Source: Planctomycetota bacterium (GTDB taxonomy: Bacteria > Planctomycetota > UBA8108 > SXIK01). From it: 64,000 nucleotides of DNA. The notes beneath the pieces are model-generated. The model searched no databases. It saw nothing but the letters and a program-made list of their open reading frames with translations, and was not told where the DNA came from. Shown here in pieces: positions 18,935-28,805 of the stretch. Position 1 is the stretch's first letter; every line of letters begins with the position of its first letter. The stretch spans positions 4,064,001 through 4,128,000 of the forward strand of contig CBDCXR010000004.1 of assembly GCA_965223845.1 (NCBI GenBank), in the 5' to 3' direction. Made by a program: the position numbers and the translations under genes.

Positions 18935-21900
18935 ATGACTCCTTCCGATTCTCGCGTCCGCGTCTTCGTGCCCCCGTTCGCTCTCTTGCTCTTGGTCGGT
19001 ATGTTCAGCGAAGGTTCGGGCGCTCCCGAAGACGGCGAATCCCCCCCGGGCGACTTTGCTCCCGCGACGCCGGCCGAAGCGAAGCAGAGTGCGGATGAGA
19101 CGAAGAGCGAGAAATGGGACGTCGACGCGCCGCCCGGTCCGTCGAAGGAGATCGCGATCGACACCGACGAGGGAACGTGGCTGAACGTCGACGTCAGCCC
19201 GAACGGTGCGCGGATCGCGTTCGACCTTCTCGGCGACATCTATACGGTGAACGTCGCCGGCAGCACGGAACGCCTGACGAGCGGTGTGGCCTGGGACATG
19301 CAGCCGCGCTTCAGTCCGGACGGTTCGCTCATCGCGTTCACGAGCGATCGCGGCGGCGGCGACAATATCTGGGTGATGAAGAGCGACGGTTCCGAGCCCC
19401 GTGCGATCACGAACGAATCGTTTCGCCTGCTGAACAGCCCCGCGTGGACGCCCGACGGTGATTACATTCTCGCGCGAAAGCACTTCACGTCGCGCCGCTC
19501 GCTCGGCGCAGGCGAGATTTGGCTCTATCACCGGAGCGGTGGCGGATCCGGGATCCAGCTCGTCGCGCGGCCGAACGATCAGAAGGATCTCGGCGAGCCC
19601 GCAGCGTCTCCCGACGGACGTTACGTCTACTACAGTCGCGACGTCACTCCGGGATCTACGTTCGAGTACAACAAGGACTCGAACGGAGAGATCTACGCGA
19701 TTCTCCGTCTCGACCGCGAGACCGGTGAAATCGAGCGAGTGACCGGCGGACCGGGAGGTGCGATCCGACCGACCCCGTCGCCCGACGGCAAGTCTCTCGC
19801 GTTCATTCGCCGCGTGCGTTTTCGGAGCGTTCTCTTCGTCCGCGATCTCGCCTCGGGCGCCGAACGTGCGGTGTTCGACGACCTCGACCGCGACATGCAA
19901 GAGACGTGGGCGATCCACGGCGTGTACGCGCAGATGGCGTGGACGCCGGACAGCAGCTCGATCGTCCTCTGGGCCGGCGGCAAGATTCGGCGGATCGACA
20001 TTGCATCGGGAGAGGCGACGACGATTCCGTTCCGCGTTCGAGATACGCGAACCGTCGCGGAGACGCTGCGGGTTCCGATCGAAGTGAGCCCGGACGAGTT
20101 CGACGTCAAGCTGATCCGCTGGGCGAGCACGGGCGGCGACGGGACGTCCATCGTTTTCCAGGCGCTCGGACGCGTCTACGTCCGCGATCTCGGTGACGGA
20201 ACAACGCGACCGCTCACGACCGCGGACGAGCACTTCGAGCACGCCCCCACCGCGTCCCGCGACGGGAAGAGCGTCGTCTTTGCGACCTGGGACGACGAGG
20301 AGCTGGGTTCGATCCGTCTGGCCCCGGTCGCGGGTGGGGAAGCGATGGTTCTCGTCGACGCGCGCGGCCACTACACTGATCCCGTGCTGAGTCCCGACGG
20401 CGGCACGGTCGTCTACCGGAAGATGACGGGAGGCGGCCTCCTCAACCCGCTCTGGTCGATCGAGCCGGGAGTCTACGCGCTCCGCATCGGCGAACATTCG
20501 GAGGATGCGACTCCCGTGCGACTGGTTACGTCCGGTCGCCGCCCGCACTTCGGCGCCGCGTCAGATCGCGTGTATTTCACGGGCTCAAGCGGAGGAAAAG
20601 CCGCGCTGAAGAGCATCCGGCTCGACCGCACGGAAGAGCGCACGCACCTCACGAGCGAGAACGGCACCGAGTTTCGTGTCTCACCCGACGGCCGATGGGT
20701 CGCGTTCATCGAGCGGTTCAACGTGTACGTTCTCCCGTTCATCTCGACCGGAAAGCCGCTCGCCGTCGGTCCGAAGACGAAGTCGATCCCGGTTGCGCGC
20801 GTGAGCCACGACGCCGGCGTGTACGTCCATTGGTCCGCCGACTCGCAGATGCTCCACTGGACGCTCGGCGGAAAGTTCTACTCGCAGCCCCTCGCGCACG
20901 CGTTCGCGTTTCTCGAGGGAGCGCCCGACCCCCTTCCGGGTGCGCAGAAAGAGAGCGTCGAGATCGGTTTTCGCCAACCGGCGTATCGGCCGGAAGGAAT
21001 CGTCGCGCTCGTCGGTGCTCGCGTCATCACCATGCGCGGCGACGAGGTCATCGCGGATGGAGCGGTCGTGTTCGAGAGAGATCGAATTACGGCGATCGGG
21101 CCGCGCGGAGAAGTCGCGATTCCGGATGGCGCGCGCGTCGTTGATTGCGCGGGGAAAACGATCCTCCCCGGCCTCGTCGACGTCCACGCCCACGGCGCAC
21201 AGGCGTCGAGCGGAATCGTCCCCGAGCAAAATTACATCTCGTACTCGGAACTCTCCTTTGGCGTAACGACGATTCACGATCCGTCGAACAACACCGAAGC
21301 GATCTTCGCCGCGAGCGAGCTCGCAAAGGCGGGGCGAATCGTATCGCCGCGAGTTTTCTCCACCGGAACGATCCTCTACGGCGCGGCGGGATCGTTCAAA
21401 GCCGAGGTCGACAGCCTCGACGACGCGCGTTTCCATCTCCGGCGGATGCAAGCAGTCGGCGCGTTCACCGTGAAGAGCTACAACCAGCCGCGCCGCGATC
21501 AGCGGCAGCAGGTCATGACCGCAGCCCGCGAGCTGGGAATGATGGTCGTGCCCGAGGGTGGATCGCTTTTCCAGCACAACATGACGATGGTGGTCGATGG
21601 TCACACCGGCGTCGAGCACTGTCTTCCGGTCGCCAAGGTCTACTCGGACGTCGTTCAGCTCTGGTCACAGACGAAGACCGGATACACGCCAACGCTCGGT
21701 GTGGCGTACGGCGGAATCTCCGGCGAGCGCTACTGGTACGACACGACCGACGTGTGGAAGAACGAGCGGCTGCTCCAGTTCGTCCCGCGCCGCCGCGTCG
21801 ATCCGCTCGCGCGGCGACGAACGAAAGCTCCGCTGGAGGAGTACAACCACATCGACGCGGCGAAGATCTGCAAACAGTTCGTCGACGCTGGAATCGGCGT

Positions 21901-22297
21901 TCAGCTCGGTGCTCACGGCCAGCGGGAGGGGCTCGCGGCCCACTGGGAACTCTGGATGTTCGCCCAGGGCGGAATGACGCCGCACGAAGCGCTCCGCTCG
22001 GCGACGCTCAGTGGGGCCGAGTATCTCGGACTCGACGGCGATATCGGGTCGATCGCACCGGGGAAGCTCGCCGATCTGATCGTTGTAGACGGAAACCCTC
22101 TCGACAACATCCGCGACTCGGAGAAGATTTTCTACACGATCGTCGGCGGTCGCGTGTACGAAGCGCGCACGATGGACGAGATCGGACCCAACGGCCGGAA
22201 GCGGAAGCCGTTCTACTTCGAGACGGGCGCGGACTCGAGTCCGAGTTTCGGCGTGGAATCCGCGTGTGGTTGCGCGCGGTCGACGCAGTCTCATTGA
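18935..22297 (+). CDS. Secreted amidohydrolase with TolB/PD40 beta-propeller domains
   Basis: Repeated SPDG/TPDG PD40 motifs; PGLVDVHAH metal motif, VKSY, GVEH, GSIAPGKLADL. Confidence 0.9.
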   Translation: MTPSDSRVRVFVPPFALLLLVGMFSEGSGAPEDGESPPGDFAPATPAEAKQSADETKSEKWDVDAPPGPSKEIAIDTDEGTWLNVDVSPNGARIAFDLLGDIYTVNVAGSTERLTSGVAWDMQPRFSPDGSLIAFTSDRGGGDNIWVMKSDGSEPRAITNESFRLLNSPAWTPDGDYILARKHFTSRRSLGAGEIWLYHRSGGGSGIQLVARPNDQKDLGEPAASPDGRYVYYSRDVTPGSTFEYNKDSNGEIYAILRLDRETGEIERVTGGPGGAIRPTPSPDGKSLAFIRRVRFRSVLFVRDLASGAERAVFDDLDRDMQETWAIHGVYAQMAWTPDSSSIVLWAGGKIRRIDIASGEATTIPFRVRDTRTVAETLRVPIEVSPDEFDVKLIRWASTGGDGTSIVFQALGRVYVRDLGDGTTRPLTTADEHFEHAPTASRDGKSVVFATWDDEELGSIRLAPVAGGEAMVLVDARGHYTDPVLSPDGGTVVYRKMTGGGLLNPLWSIEPGVYALRIGEHSEDATPVRLVTSGRRPHFGAASDRVYFTGSSGGKAALKSIRLDRTEERTHLTSENGTEFRVSPDGRWVAFIERFNVYVLPFISTGKPLAVGPKTKSIPVARVSHDAGVYVHWSADSQMLHWTLGGKFYSQPLAHAFAFLEGAPDPLPGAQKESVEIGFRQPAYRPEGIVALVGARVITMRGDEVIADGAVVFERDRITAIGPRGEVAIPDGARVVDCAGKTILPGLVDVHAHGAQASSGIVPEQNYISYSELSFGVTTIHDPSNNTEAIFAASELAKAGRIVSPRVFSTGTILYGAAGSFKAEVDSLDDARFHLRRMQAVGAFTVKSYNQPRRDQRQQVMTAARELGMMVVPEGGSLFQHNMTMVVDGHTGVEHCLPVAKVYSDVVQLWSQTKTGYTPTLGVAYGGISGERYWYDTTDVWKNERLLQFVPRRRVDPLARRRTKAPLEEYNHIDAAKICKQFVDAGIGVQLGAHGQREGLAAHWELWMFAQGGMTPHEALRSATLSGAEYLGLDGDIGSIAPGKLADLIVVDGNPLDNIRDSEKIFYTIVGGRVYEARTMDEIGPNGRKRKPFYFETGADSSPSFGVESACGCARSTQSH

Positions 22298-22348
22298 CCG
22301 CGCCGTGAAGGTGAGATCCGCGTAGCGAATGGACCCGGGACGAGACGC

Positions 22349-23104
22349 GTGACGCAACACGCGAACGAACGAGAGTCGCCGGACTGCCGGCGCGTCGTCG
22401 TCACTGGCGGAACGAGTGGAATCGGCCGCGCGATCGCGCTCGCGTTTGCGCGAAGCGGAGATCGAGTCGTCGTCACGGGGCGGACGGACGCGGAGGTCGA
22501 TCGGTTTCGCGCGTCGCGCAAAGGAGAGTCTCCGGCGATCGAAGCGGAGGCGGTCGACGTCACCGACGAGTCGCGCGTTGCCGAGCTGTTCGCGGCACAA
22601 CCCGGACTCGATGTTCTCGTCACTTGTGCGGGGATCATTCTGCGAGGCGGACGAGAACTCGAACCGGCACACTTCGAGCGGGTCATCGACGTCAACCTAA
22701 GCGGTACGCTGAGAGCCTGCCAGGCCGCGCGCCCGCTTCTCTGCGAGAGCCGTGGGACGGTGATCACGGTCGCGTCGATGCTCAGCTTCTTTGGAAGCGG
22801 TGCCGCACCGGCGTACAGCGCGAGCAAGGGCGGAGTCGTTCAGCTCACGAAATCGCTCGCGATCGCGTGGGCGAGTGATGGAATTCGCGTGAACGCGATC
22901 GCCCCGGGCTGGATCGACACCGCGCTCACGGCGCCTCTCGTCTCGGATCCGGAGAAGAGCGAAGAGCTCGTCGCGCGAACTCCGCTCGGGCGGTGGGGTC
23001 AGCCCGAGGACGTGGCGGGCGCTGCGCTCTTCCTCGCGTCCCCCGGAGCGTCGTTCGTCACCGGAGTGGTTCTACCGGTCGACGGGGGGTATTCCGTTCG
23101 ATAG
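22349..23104 (+). CDS. SDR family oxidoreductase
   Basis: TGGTSGIG, YSASK, VNAIAPGWI, VDGG. Confidence 0.95.
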   Translation: MTQHANERESPDCRRVVVTGGTSGIGRAIALAFARSGDRVVVTGRTDAEVDRFRASRKGESPAIEAEAVDVTDESRVAELFAAQPGLDVLVTCAGIILRGGRELEPAHFERVIDVNLSGTLRACQAARPLLCESRGTVITVASMLSFFGSGAAPAYSASKGGVVQLTKSLAIAWASDGIRVNAIAPGWIDTALTAPLVSDPEKSEELVARTPLGRWGQPEDVAGAALFLASPGASFVTGVVLPVDGGYSVR

Positions 23105-23237
23105 GGTGGCTGGAAGTTCCCGTTGTTCGAAACTCGTTGGATCCCGAACAGTCGCGGGCATACCGGCCGCCGTCGCGAACGACACGAGAGATGAAGAGCA
23201 CTGAGGAGCGGTCGTTCGGAATCGGCGGGAGGGGGTG

Positions 23238-23262
23238 GAGAGAGAGGGAGAGGGAGAGAGAG
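23238..23262. repeat. Homopurine GA mirror repeat within a 30-nt purine tract
   Basis: GAGAGAGAGGG-AGA-GGGAGAGAGAG; purine run 23237-23266. Confidence 0.9.
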
Positions 23263-23351
23263 AGAATGAAGATGAAGAGTGTCGGGAACGGGAACGAGTA
23301 CCGTCGTTTTTGGCGGCTCGGCGCGCACGACAAAGTGGAACCACACGCTCG

Positions 23352-23840
23352 ATGAACCGCGACTCAACTCCCCAGAGCGCCGTGAGTGATCTCGTCACGA
23401 AGGCGATTCCTGACGACGAACGACTCTGGGTCCTGCAAGCGGACAACGTCTGGTTTCGCCCGCTCCTCCTCAATTGCGTCGGCGGAGAGTGGGTGAACCT
23501 ACTTCGCGTCCGTCGATCGGGTGTCCTCAGTCGCCACCGTCACCCCGCGCCGGTTCACGGCTACGTGATCAAGGGGCGCTGGCGCTACCTCGAGCACGAC
23601 TGGGAGGCGCGCGAGGGCGACTACGTCTTCGAGCCGCCGGGCGAGGTGCATACGCTCGTCGTCGACGATGACGTCGAAGAGATGATTACGCTCTTCCATG
23701 TCTGCGGTGCTCTCGTCTACTACGCCGAAGACGGCTCCCCCTGCGGTCATGACGACGTGCACACGAAGATCGAGATGTGCCGGCGTCACTTCGCGGACGT
23801 GGGACTCGGGTCGGATTTCGTCGAGCAGTTCGTGCGCTGA
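23352..23840 (+). CDS. 2,4'-dihydroxyacetophenone dioxygenase-like cupin
   Basis: FRPLLL...W.NLLRVRRSGVLSRHRH...GYV.KG.W.YLEHDW.A..G.YV.EPPGE.HTL. Confidence 0.85.
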   Translation: MNRDSTPQSAVSDLVTKAIPDDERLWVLQADNVWFRPLLLNCVGGEWVNLLRVRRSGVLSRHRHPAPVHGYVIKGRWRYLEHDWEAREGDYVFEPPGEVHTLVVDDDVEEMITLFHVCGALVYYAEDGSPCGHDDVHTKIEMCRRHFADVGLGSDFVEQFVR

Positions 23841-23966
23841 TCGGTCCGAGCGGACGATCCGTTTGTCCCCGAAACGCGCGCCGTGGTAAAAGGATGCGAC
23901 TCGCAAGCTCCCGAGCGCACCGCAGACTCGCGGCGGCGCTTCGAGAAGGATCGACGAGGCGCGCGC

Positions 23967-26333
23967 ATGATTCGAATCCAGATCCGCGGGGTGATCGCGG
24001 CGACTCTGTTCTGCTGCGTATCCCTTCAAGTTCTTGCGACGCCCGACGCTTCGCCGGCGAAGTCGGGCGTCACTCCCGAAGGTATCGCGTTCTTCGAGCG
24101 CAGAATCCGCCCCGTTCTCGTCGACGAGTGTCACCAGTGCCACAGCGCGAAGGCGAAACGACTCGAAGCCGGGCTCTACCTCGACTCGCGCGCCGGCATT
24201 CTACGCGGCGGGGATCAAGGCCCAGCAATCGCGCCGGGAAAGCCGGACGAAAGCTTGCTCGTCCGTGCGCTCGCGTACTTGAGCTCGGACCTCGAGATGC
24301 CGCCCGACGGAAAGCTCGACGACGATGTCGTTCGCGACTTCCGCACGTGGGTCGAGATCGGCGCACCGTGGCCCGATGAACGAACGCACGCGGCGGCGCC
24401 GCGAAGCGAAGCCTACGATTGGCAGCGCGCTCGCGATCACTGGGCGTTTCGGCCGATCGAAGATCCGCCCGCCCGGGCCGTGACGGCGAGCGATTGGCCT
24501 GCGAACGATCTCGACACGTTCATTCTCGCGCGGCTCGAATCCGCGGGGCTCCGGCCCTCTCCGCGGACCGACCGCCGCACACTTCTCCGGCGCGTCTACT
24601 TCGATCTCGTCGGCCTTCCCCCGCCGGGCGACGAGGTGACCGCGTTTCTCGGCGACGATCGAGACGACGCTCTCGCGCGCGTCGTCGATCGGCTGCTCGC
24701 ATCGCCCCACTACGGCGAGCGCTGGGCGCGGCACTGGCTCGATGTCGCCCGCTACTCCGACGGCTTCGGAAGCGGATTCGATGGCAAGGATCACCCGGCG
24801 GGATTTCGTTATCGCGATTGGGTGGTCGGTGCCCTCAATCGTGACCTTCCGTACGACCGATTCGTCGTCGAGCAGATCGCTGGGGATCTCGTGGGAGAGC
24901 CGGTGGCGACGGGCTTCCTCGTCCTCGGGCCGACCTACCAGTCCGACGGCGGAGACGCAGAGAGCCGGGCGAAGGCGGAGGCGGACACGCTCGAGGACAG
25001 GGTCGACACGACGCTCCGCGGCTTTCTCGGTCTCACCGTCGCCTGCGCGCGCTGCCACGATCACAAGTTCGATCCGATTCCGACCGCGGATTACTATTCG
25101 GTTGCGGCGGTGTTTCGAAACACGAAAACGACGGACCACCCGGCGGCGGCGCCCGCGGTCGTCGCGCGCTACGAAGACCATCAGAGTCGAATTCGCGAGT
25201 CCGACCAGACTCTGAAGACGCGCACGAAAGAGGCGAAGGAAAAGCACAAGGACGCGGTTCCGGACGACGTGAAACGGGAGCTCGACGAGCTTCGGCGAAA
25301 ACACGAAGAGCTCAAGAAATCCGCACCGCCGAAGTATCCGGTCGTCCACGGTGCCGCGGACAGCGGCGACAAAGACATGCATATCGCGCTCCGGGGCGAT
25401 CTGCGGAAGCGCGGCGAGCTCGTCCCGAGACGGTTCCTCCGAATTCTCACCGCCCGTGAGCGCGAAGAGTGGAAAACGGGCAGCGGCCGCTTGGAGCTCG
25501 GTCGCGCGATCGCCGATCCGAACAACCCGCTGACCGCGCGCGTCATCGCGAATCGCATCTGGATCCATCATTTCGGCCGCGGCATCGTCCGCAGCCCGAG
25601 CAACTTCGGAACCCTCGGCGAAACGCCGACTCACCCGCAGCTTCTCGACTGGCTCGCGTCGCGCCTCGTTGCGAGCGGCTGGTCCGTGAAGGAGCTCCAT
25701 CGGACGATTCTCCTCTCGGCGACATACGCGATGAGCAGCACCTACCGCGAGGAAGCGTTCGCCCTCGACGGCGACAACCGACTCCTCTGGCGCATGAATC
25801 CCCGGCGCCTCGAGGTCGAGGCCTGGCGCGACGCGGTGCTCGCCGCGACGGGCGAGCTCGAACGCTCGCTCTATGGAACGCCGACGCGCGATCTGCTCGG
25901 GAGCCCGCGACGGACGCTCTACACGGTGATCAGCCGAAACGGAGACCGCTTCGAATCGGATCGCTTCCTCCGGCTCTTCGACTTCCCGGCGGCACGCATC
26001 ACGAGTCCACAGCGCGTCATCAGCACGGTTCCGCAGCAGTATCTCTTTCTCCTCAACAGTCCGTTCATGTTCGCTCGCGCACAGAAGCTCGCCGAACGAA
26101 TCACGAGTGACGAAGCGAGTGACGAAGACCGCGTTCGGAAGGCATTCCGCATTCTGTTCGGACGGGAACCCGAACCCTCCGAGCTCGCTCTCGCGTTCGA
26201 GTTTATCGGCGGCGGCCACGCCGAGACGAATCGCGATGCTGAAGACGCGGTCGACCCCACCGACAACGCACGGCGCTGGTCGCAATACGCTCAGGTTTTG
26301 TTGAGCTCGCATGAATTCTGGCACGTAGAATGA
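23967..26333 (+). CDS. Planctomycete cytochrome c + DUF1549 + DUF1553 (PSD1) protein
   Basis: FFERRIRPVL..CHQCH, HWAF.P, YGERWARHWLD.ARY, CARCHDHKFDPI, NPLTARV..NR.W, PTHP.LLDWLA. Confidence 0.95.
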   Translation: MIRIQIRGVIAATLFCCVSLQVLATPDASPAKSGVTPEGIAFFERRIRPVLVDECHQCHSAKAKRLEAGLYLDSRAGILRGGDQGPAIAPGKPDESLLVRALAYLSSDLEMPPDGKLDDDVVRDFRTWVEIGAPWPDERTHAAAPRSEAYDWQRARDHWAFRPIEDPPARAVTASDWPANDLDTFILARLESAGLRPSPRTDRRTLLRRVYFDLVGLPPPGDEVTAFLGDDRDDALARVVDRLLASPHYGERWARHWLDVARYSDGFGSGFDGKDHPAGFRYRDWVVGALNRDLPYDRFVVEQIAGDLVGEPVATGFLVLGPTYQSDGGDAESRAKAEADTLEDRVDTTLRGFLGLTVACARCHDHKFDPIPTADYYSVAAVFRNTKTTDHPAAAPAVVARYEDHQSRIRESDQTLKTRTKEAKEKHKDAVPDDVKRELDELRRKHEELKKSAPPKYPVVHGAADSGDKDMHIALRGDLRKRGELVPRRFLRILTAREREEWKTGSGRLELGRAIADPNNPLTARVIANRIWIHHFGRGIVRSPSNFGTLGETPTHPQLLDWLASRLVASGWSVKELHRTILLSATYAMSSTYREEAFALDGDNRLLWRMNPRRLEVEAWRDAVLAATGELERSLYGTPTRDLLGSPRRTLYTVISRNGDRFESDRFLRLFDFPAARITSPQRVISTVPQQYLFLLNSPFMFARAQKLAERITSDEASDEDRVRKAFRILFGREPEPSELALAFEFIGGGHAETNRDAEDAVDPTDNARRWSQYAQVLLSSHEFWHVE

Positions 26334-26369
26334 CCCCACCACTCGACGGACGAACGAGAGGAGATCCGG

Positions 26370-27818
26370 ATGAGCTTCGCTGCGCACGAAAGTAGGGCGC
26401 ACTACGTGCCGGGAACGATGTCGCGGCGCGAGATGCTCCGGCGAGCCGGCGCCGGTTTCGGCACGCTGGGACTCGCAGCGGCGCTTCACGAGGCGGGGTC
26501 CGCGGCACCGCCGGGAACCGCCGCCGGCACGGCCCTCTCTCCGCGCCAGCCACATTTCGCACCGCGAGCCAAGCGCGTCATCCAGCTCTTCATGCCGGGT
26601 GGCCCGTCGCAGGTCGACACCTTCGACTACAAGCCCGCGATCGCGAAGCACGCGGGGGAGCGACCCAAGCTCGTCGATCGGCGCTCACTCCGGAACACGA
26701 AGAACGGCCTCATGCCATCGCCGTTCGGCTTTCGCCGCTACGGCGAGTGCGGCAAGTGGGTAAGCGACATCTTCCCGCACGTCGGTGAGGTCGTCGACGA
26801 TCTGTGCTTCATTCATTCGATGCACACGGACATTCCCGAGCACGCCGGGGCGATCTTGATGATGAACCTCGGCAACATCCAACCGAACCGGCCGAGCCTC
26901 GGGTCTTGGCTCGTCTACGGTCTCGGCTCGGAGAGCGACGACCTCCCCGGATTCGTCGCGATGTCGCCGCGCGCCCAACCGCGAGGAAAGCTCGCGAATT
27001 GGGGGAATGCGTTCCTTCCGGGCGCCTACGCGGGCACATACGTCAACATCGCCGAGATGAAACCCGAAGCGGCACTCCGCCACCTCCGAAGCGCGAACCT
27101 TTCGACCGCGGAGCAGCGCCGCCAAGTCGATCTCCTCCGCCGCGTGAACGAGCTCACCCTCGCGCGCCGCGAGCAGGATCGTCAGCTCGAGGCGAACATC
27201 CAGGCGATGGAGCTCGCGTTTCGCATGCAGTTCGCCGTCCCGGACGTGTTCGACACCCAAAACGAATCGCCCGCCACGCTCGCGATGTACGGCGAGAGCG
27301 AGTTCGCGAAAGGCTGTCTCATCGCGCGGCGACTCGTCGAGCGTGGAGTGCGCATGGTTCAGCTCTCCCACTCGATCGATGGCTACGACATCGCCTGGGA
27401 CACGGGCCACGGCGACATCGAAGGTGGACACGCTCGCCTCGCGCACGCGTGCGATCAGGGAATCGCGGCGCTCATCAAAGATCTCAAGGCTCGAGGCCTC
27501 TTCGACGACACCCTCGTCGTCTGGGGAGGTGAGTTCGGGCGCGCGCCGACGTCAGAGGGCAAAAAGGGTCGCGATCACGATCACTACGGCTTCACGGTGT
27601 TCCTCGCCGGTGGCGGCGTGCGGGGCGGTTACTCCTACGGTGCGACCGACGAGTTCGGTCTCACCGCGGTCGAGAATCGCGTTCACGTGCACGACCTCCA
27701 CGCGACGATCCTCCACCTCATGGGGCTCGACCACGAGCGACTCACGTATCGCTACAGCGGGCGCGACTACCGCTTGACGGATGTGCACGGGCGGGTCGTT
27801 CGCGACGTTCTGGCGTAG
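26370..27818 (+). CDS. DUF1501 domain protein (Tat signal)
   Basis: SRREMLR, AKRVIQLFM.GGPSQ.DTFDYKP, GEFGR.P, GRDH, HVHDLHAT. Confidence 0.95.
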   Translation: MSFAAHESRAHYVPGTMSRREMLRRAGAGFGTLGLAAALHEAGSAAPPGTAAGTALSPRQPHFAPRAKRVIQLFMPGGPSQVDTFDYKPAIAKHAGERPKLVDRRSLRNTKNGLMPSPFGFRRYGECGKWVSDIFPHVGEVVDDLCFIHSMHTDIPEHAGAILMMNLGNIQPNRPSLGSWLVYGLGSESDDLPGFVAMSPRAQPRGKLANWGNAFLPGAYAGTYVNIAEMKPEAALRHLRSANLSTAEQRRQVDLLRRVNELTLARREQDRQLEANIQAMELAFRMQFAVPDVFDTQNESPATLAMYGESEFAKGCLIARRLVERGVRMVQLSHSIDGYDIAWDTGHGDIEGGHARLAHACDQGIAALIKDLKARGLFDDTLVVWGGEFGRAPTSEGKKGRDHDHYGFTVFLAGGGVRGGYSYGATDEFGLTAVENRVHVHDLHATILHLMGLDHERLTYRYSGRDYRLTDVHGRVVRDVLA

Positions 27819-27890
27819 CCTCGCGCGCGGCTCGGTTTGCGGGGAAGAAGTATTCACCACGAAGGGCACGAACAACCAGAGGCACCCTCC

Positions 27891-28805
27891 ATGAAAGAAA
27901 AACCACAAGCCCCCCGAACGCTCTCTCGCCGACAAGCCCTCCTGCGTTCGGCCGGTGCGACGGCGCTCGGAGCCGCCGCGTGGACCCTCGGATCACCCGC
28001 CACGGCGGACGACAGCGAACCGGTCGCCCGAAAGGGTCGCGTGAAGCAGTCGCTCGTCAATTGGTGTTACCGCAAGTTCTGGCCGAAGCTCGACGATTTC
28101 TGCGGCGTCGCAAAGTCCCTCGGCTGCCAGAGTATCGAGCTCCTCCCGCCGAAGGATTGGCCGACGCTCAAGAAGCACGGCCTCACCTGCGCGATCGCCG
28201 GCTCACACGGATTCCGCACCGGGATGAACAACCGCGGCGAGTGGCCGATGGTCACGGAGAGTCTCCGCAAGTCGATCGATGCGAGCGCCGAGCACGGAGT
28301 TCGGAGCGTGATCACGTTTACGGGCTTCGCCAACGGAATCGATCGTGAGACCGGCATCAAGAACTGTGTCGAGGGCTTCAAAGAGATCGTCGGTTACGCA
28401 GAAGAGAAGAAAGTCACTCTCTGTCTCGAGGTGCTCAACAGTCGCGTCGACGAGCAGATGAAAGGTCACCCCGGGTACCAAGGAGATCACACCGACTACT
28501 GCATGGAGATCATCCGCAAAGTCGGCTCGCCGCGACTCAAGCTGCTCTTCGATATCTATCATGTGCAGATCATGGACGGCGACGTGATCGTCCGGCTCCG
28601 TGAATGTGGAGAGGCCGTCGGCCACGTGCACACCGCCGGGAATCCGGGCCGCCGCGAGCTCGACGACGAGCAAGAGATCAACTACAAACCGATCCTCGAG
28701 GCGCTCGTCGCGATGAAGTACGACGGCTTCGTCGGACAGGAATTCATCCCGACGCGCGATCCGTTCGAGGGATTGCGCGAGGCCGTCGCGGTCTGCGATG
28801 TCTAG
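27891..28805 (+). CDS. Tat-exported hydroxypyruvate isomerase-like (AP endonuclease 2/xylose isomerase-like) TIM barrel
   Basis: SRRQAL Tat motif, LCLE.LN, LFDIYHVQIMDG, HVHTAG.PGR, GQEF.P. Confidence 0.9.
   Translation: MKEKPQAPRTLSRRQALLRSAGATALGAAAWTLGSPATADDSEPVARKGRVKQSLVNWCYRKFWPKLDDFCGVAKSLGCQSIELLPPKDWPTLKKHGLTCAIAGSHGFRTGMNNRGEWPMVTESLRKSIDASAEHGVRSVITFTGFANGIDRETGIKNCVEGFKEIVGYAEEKKVTLCLEVLNSRVDEQMKGHPGYQGDHTDYCMEIIRKVGSPRLKLLFDIYHVQIMDGDVIVRLRECGEAVGHVHTAGNPGRRELDDEQEINYKPILEALVAMKYDGFVGQEFIPTRDPFEGLREAVAVCDV

Noticed and set aside
26320-26334. TGGCACG sigma-54 -24-like box upstream of the DUF1501 gene
   Set aside because: The -12 position reads ATGA, not TTGC, and it lies in the end of a CDS.
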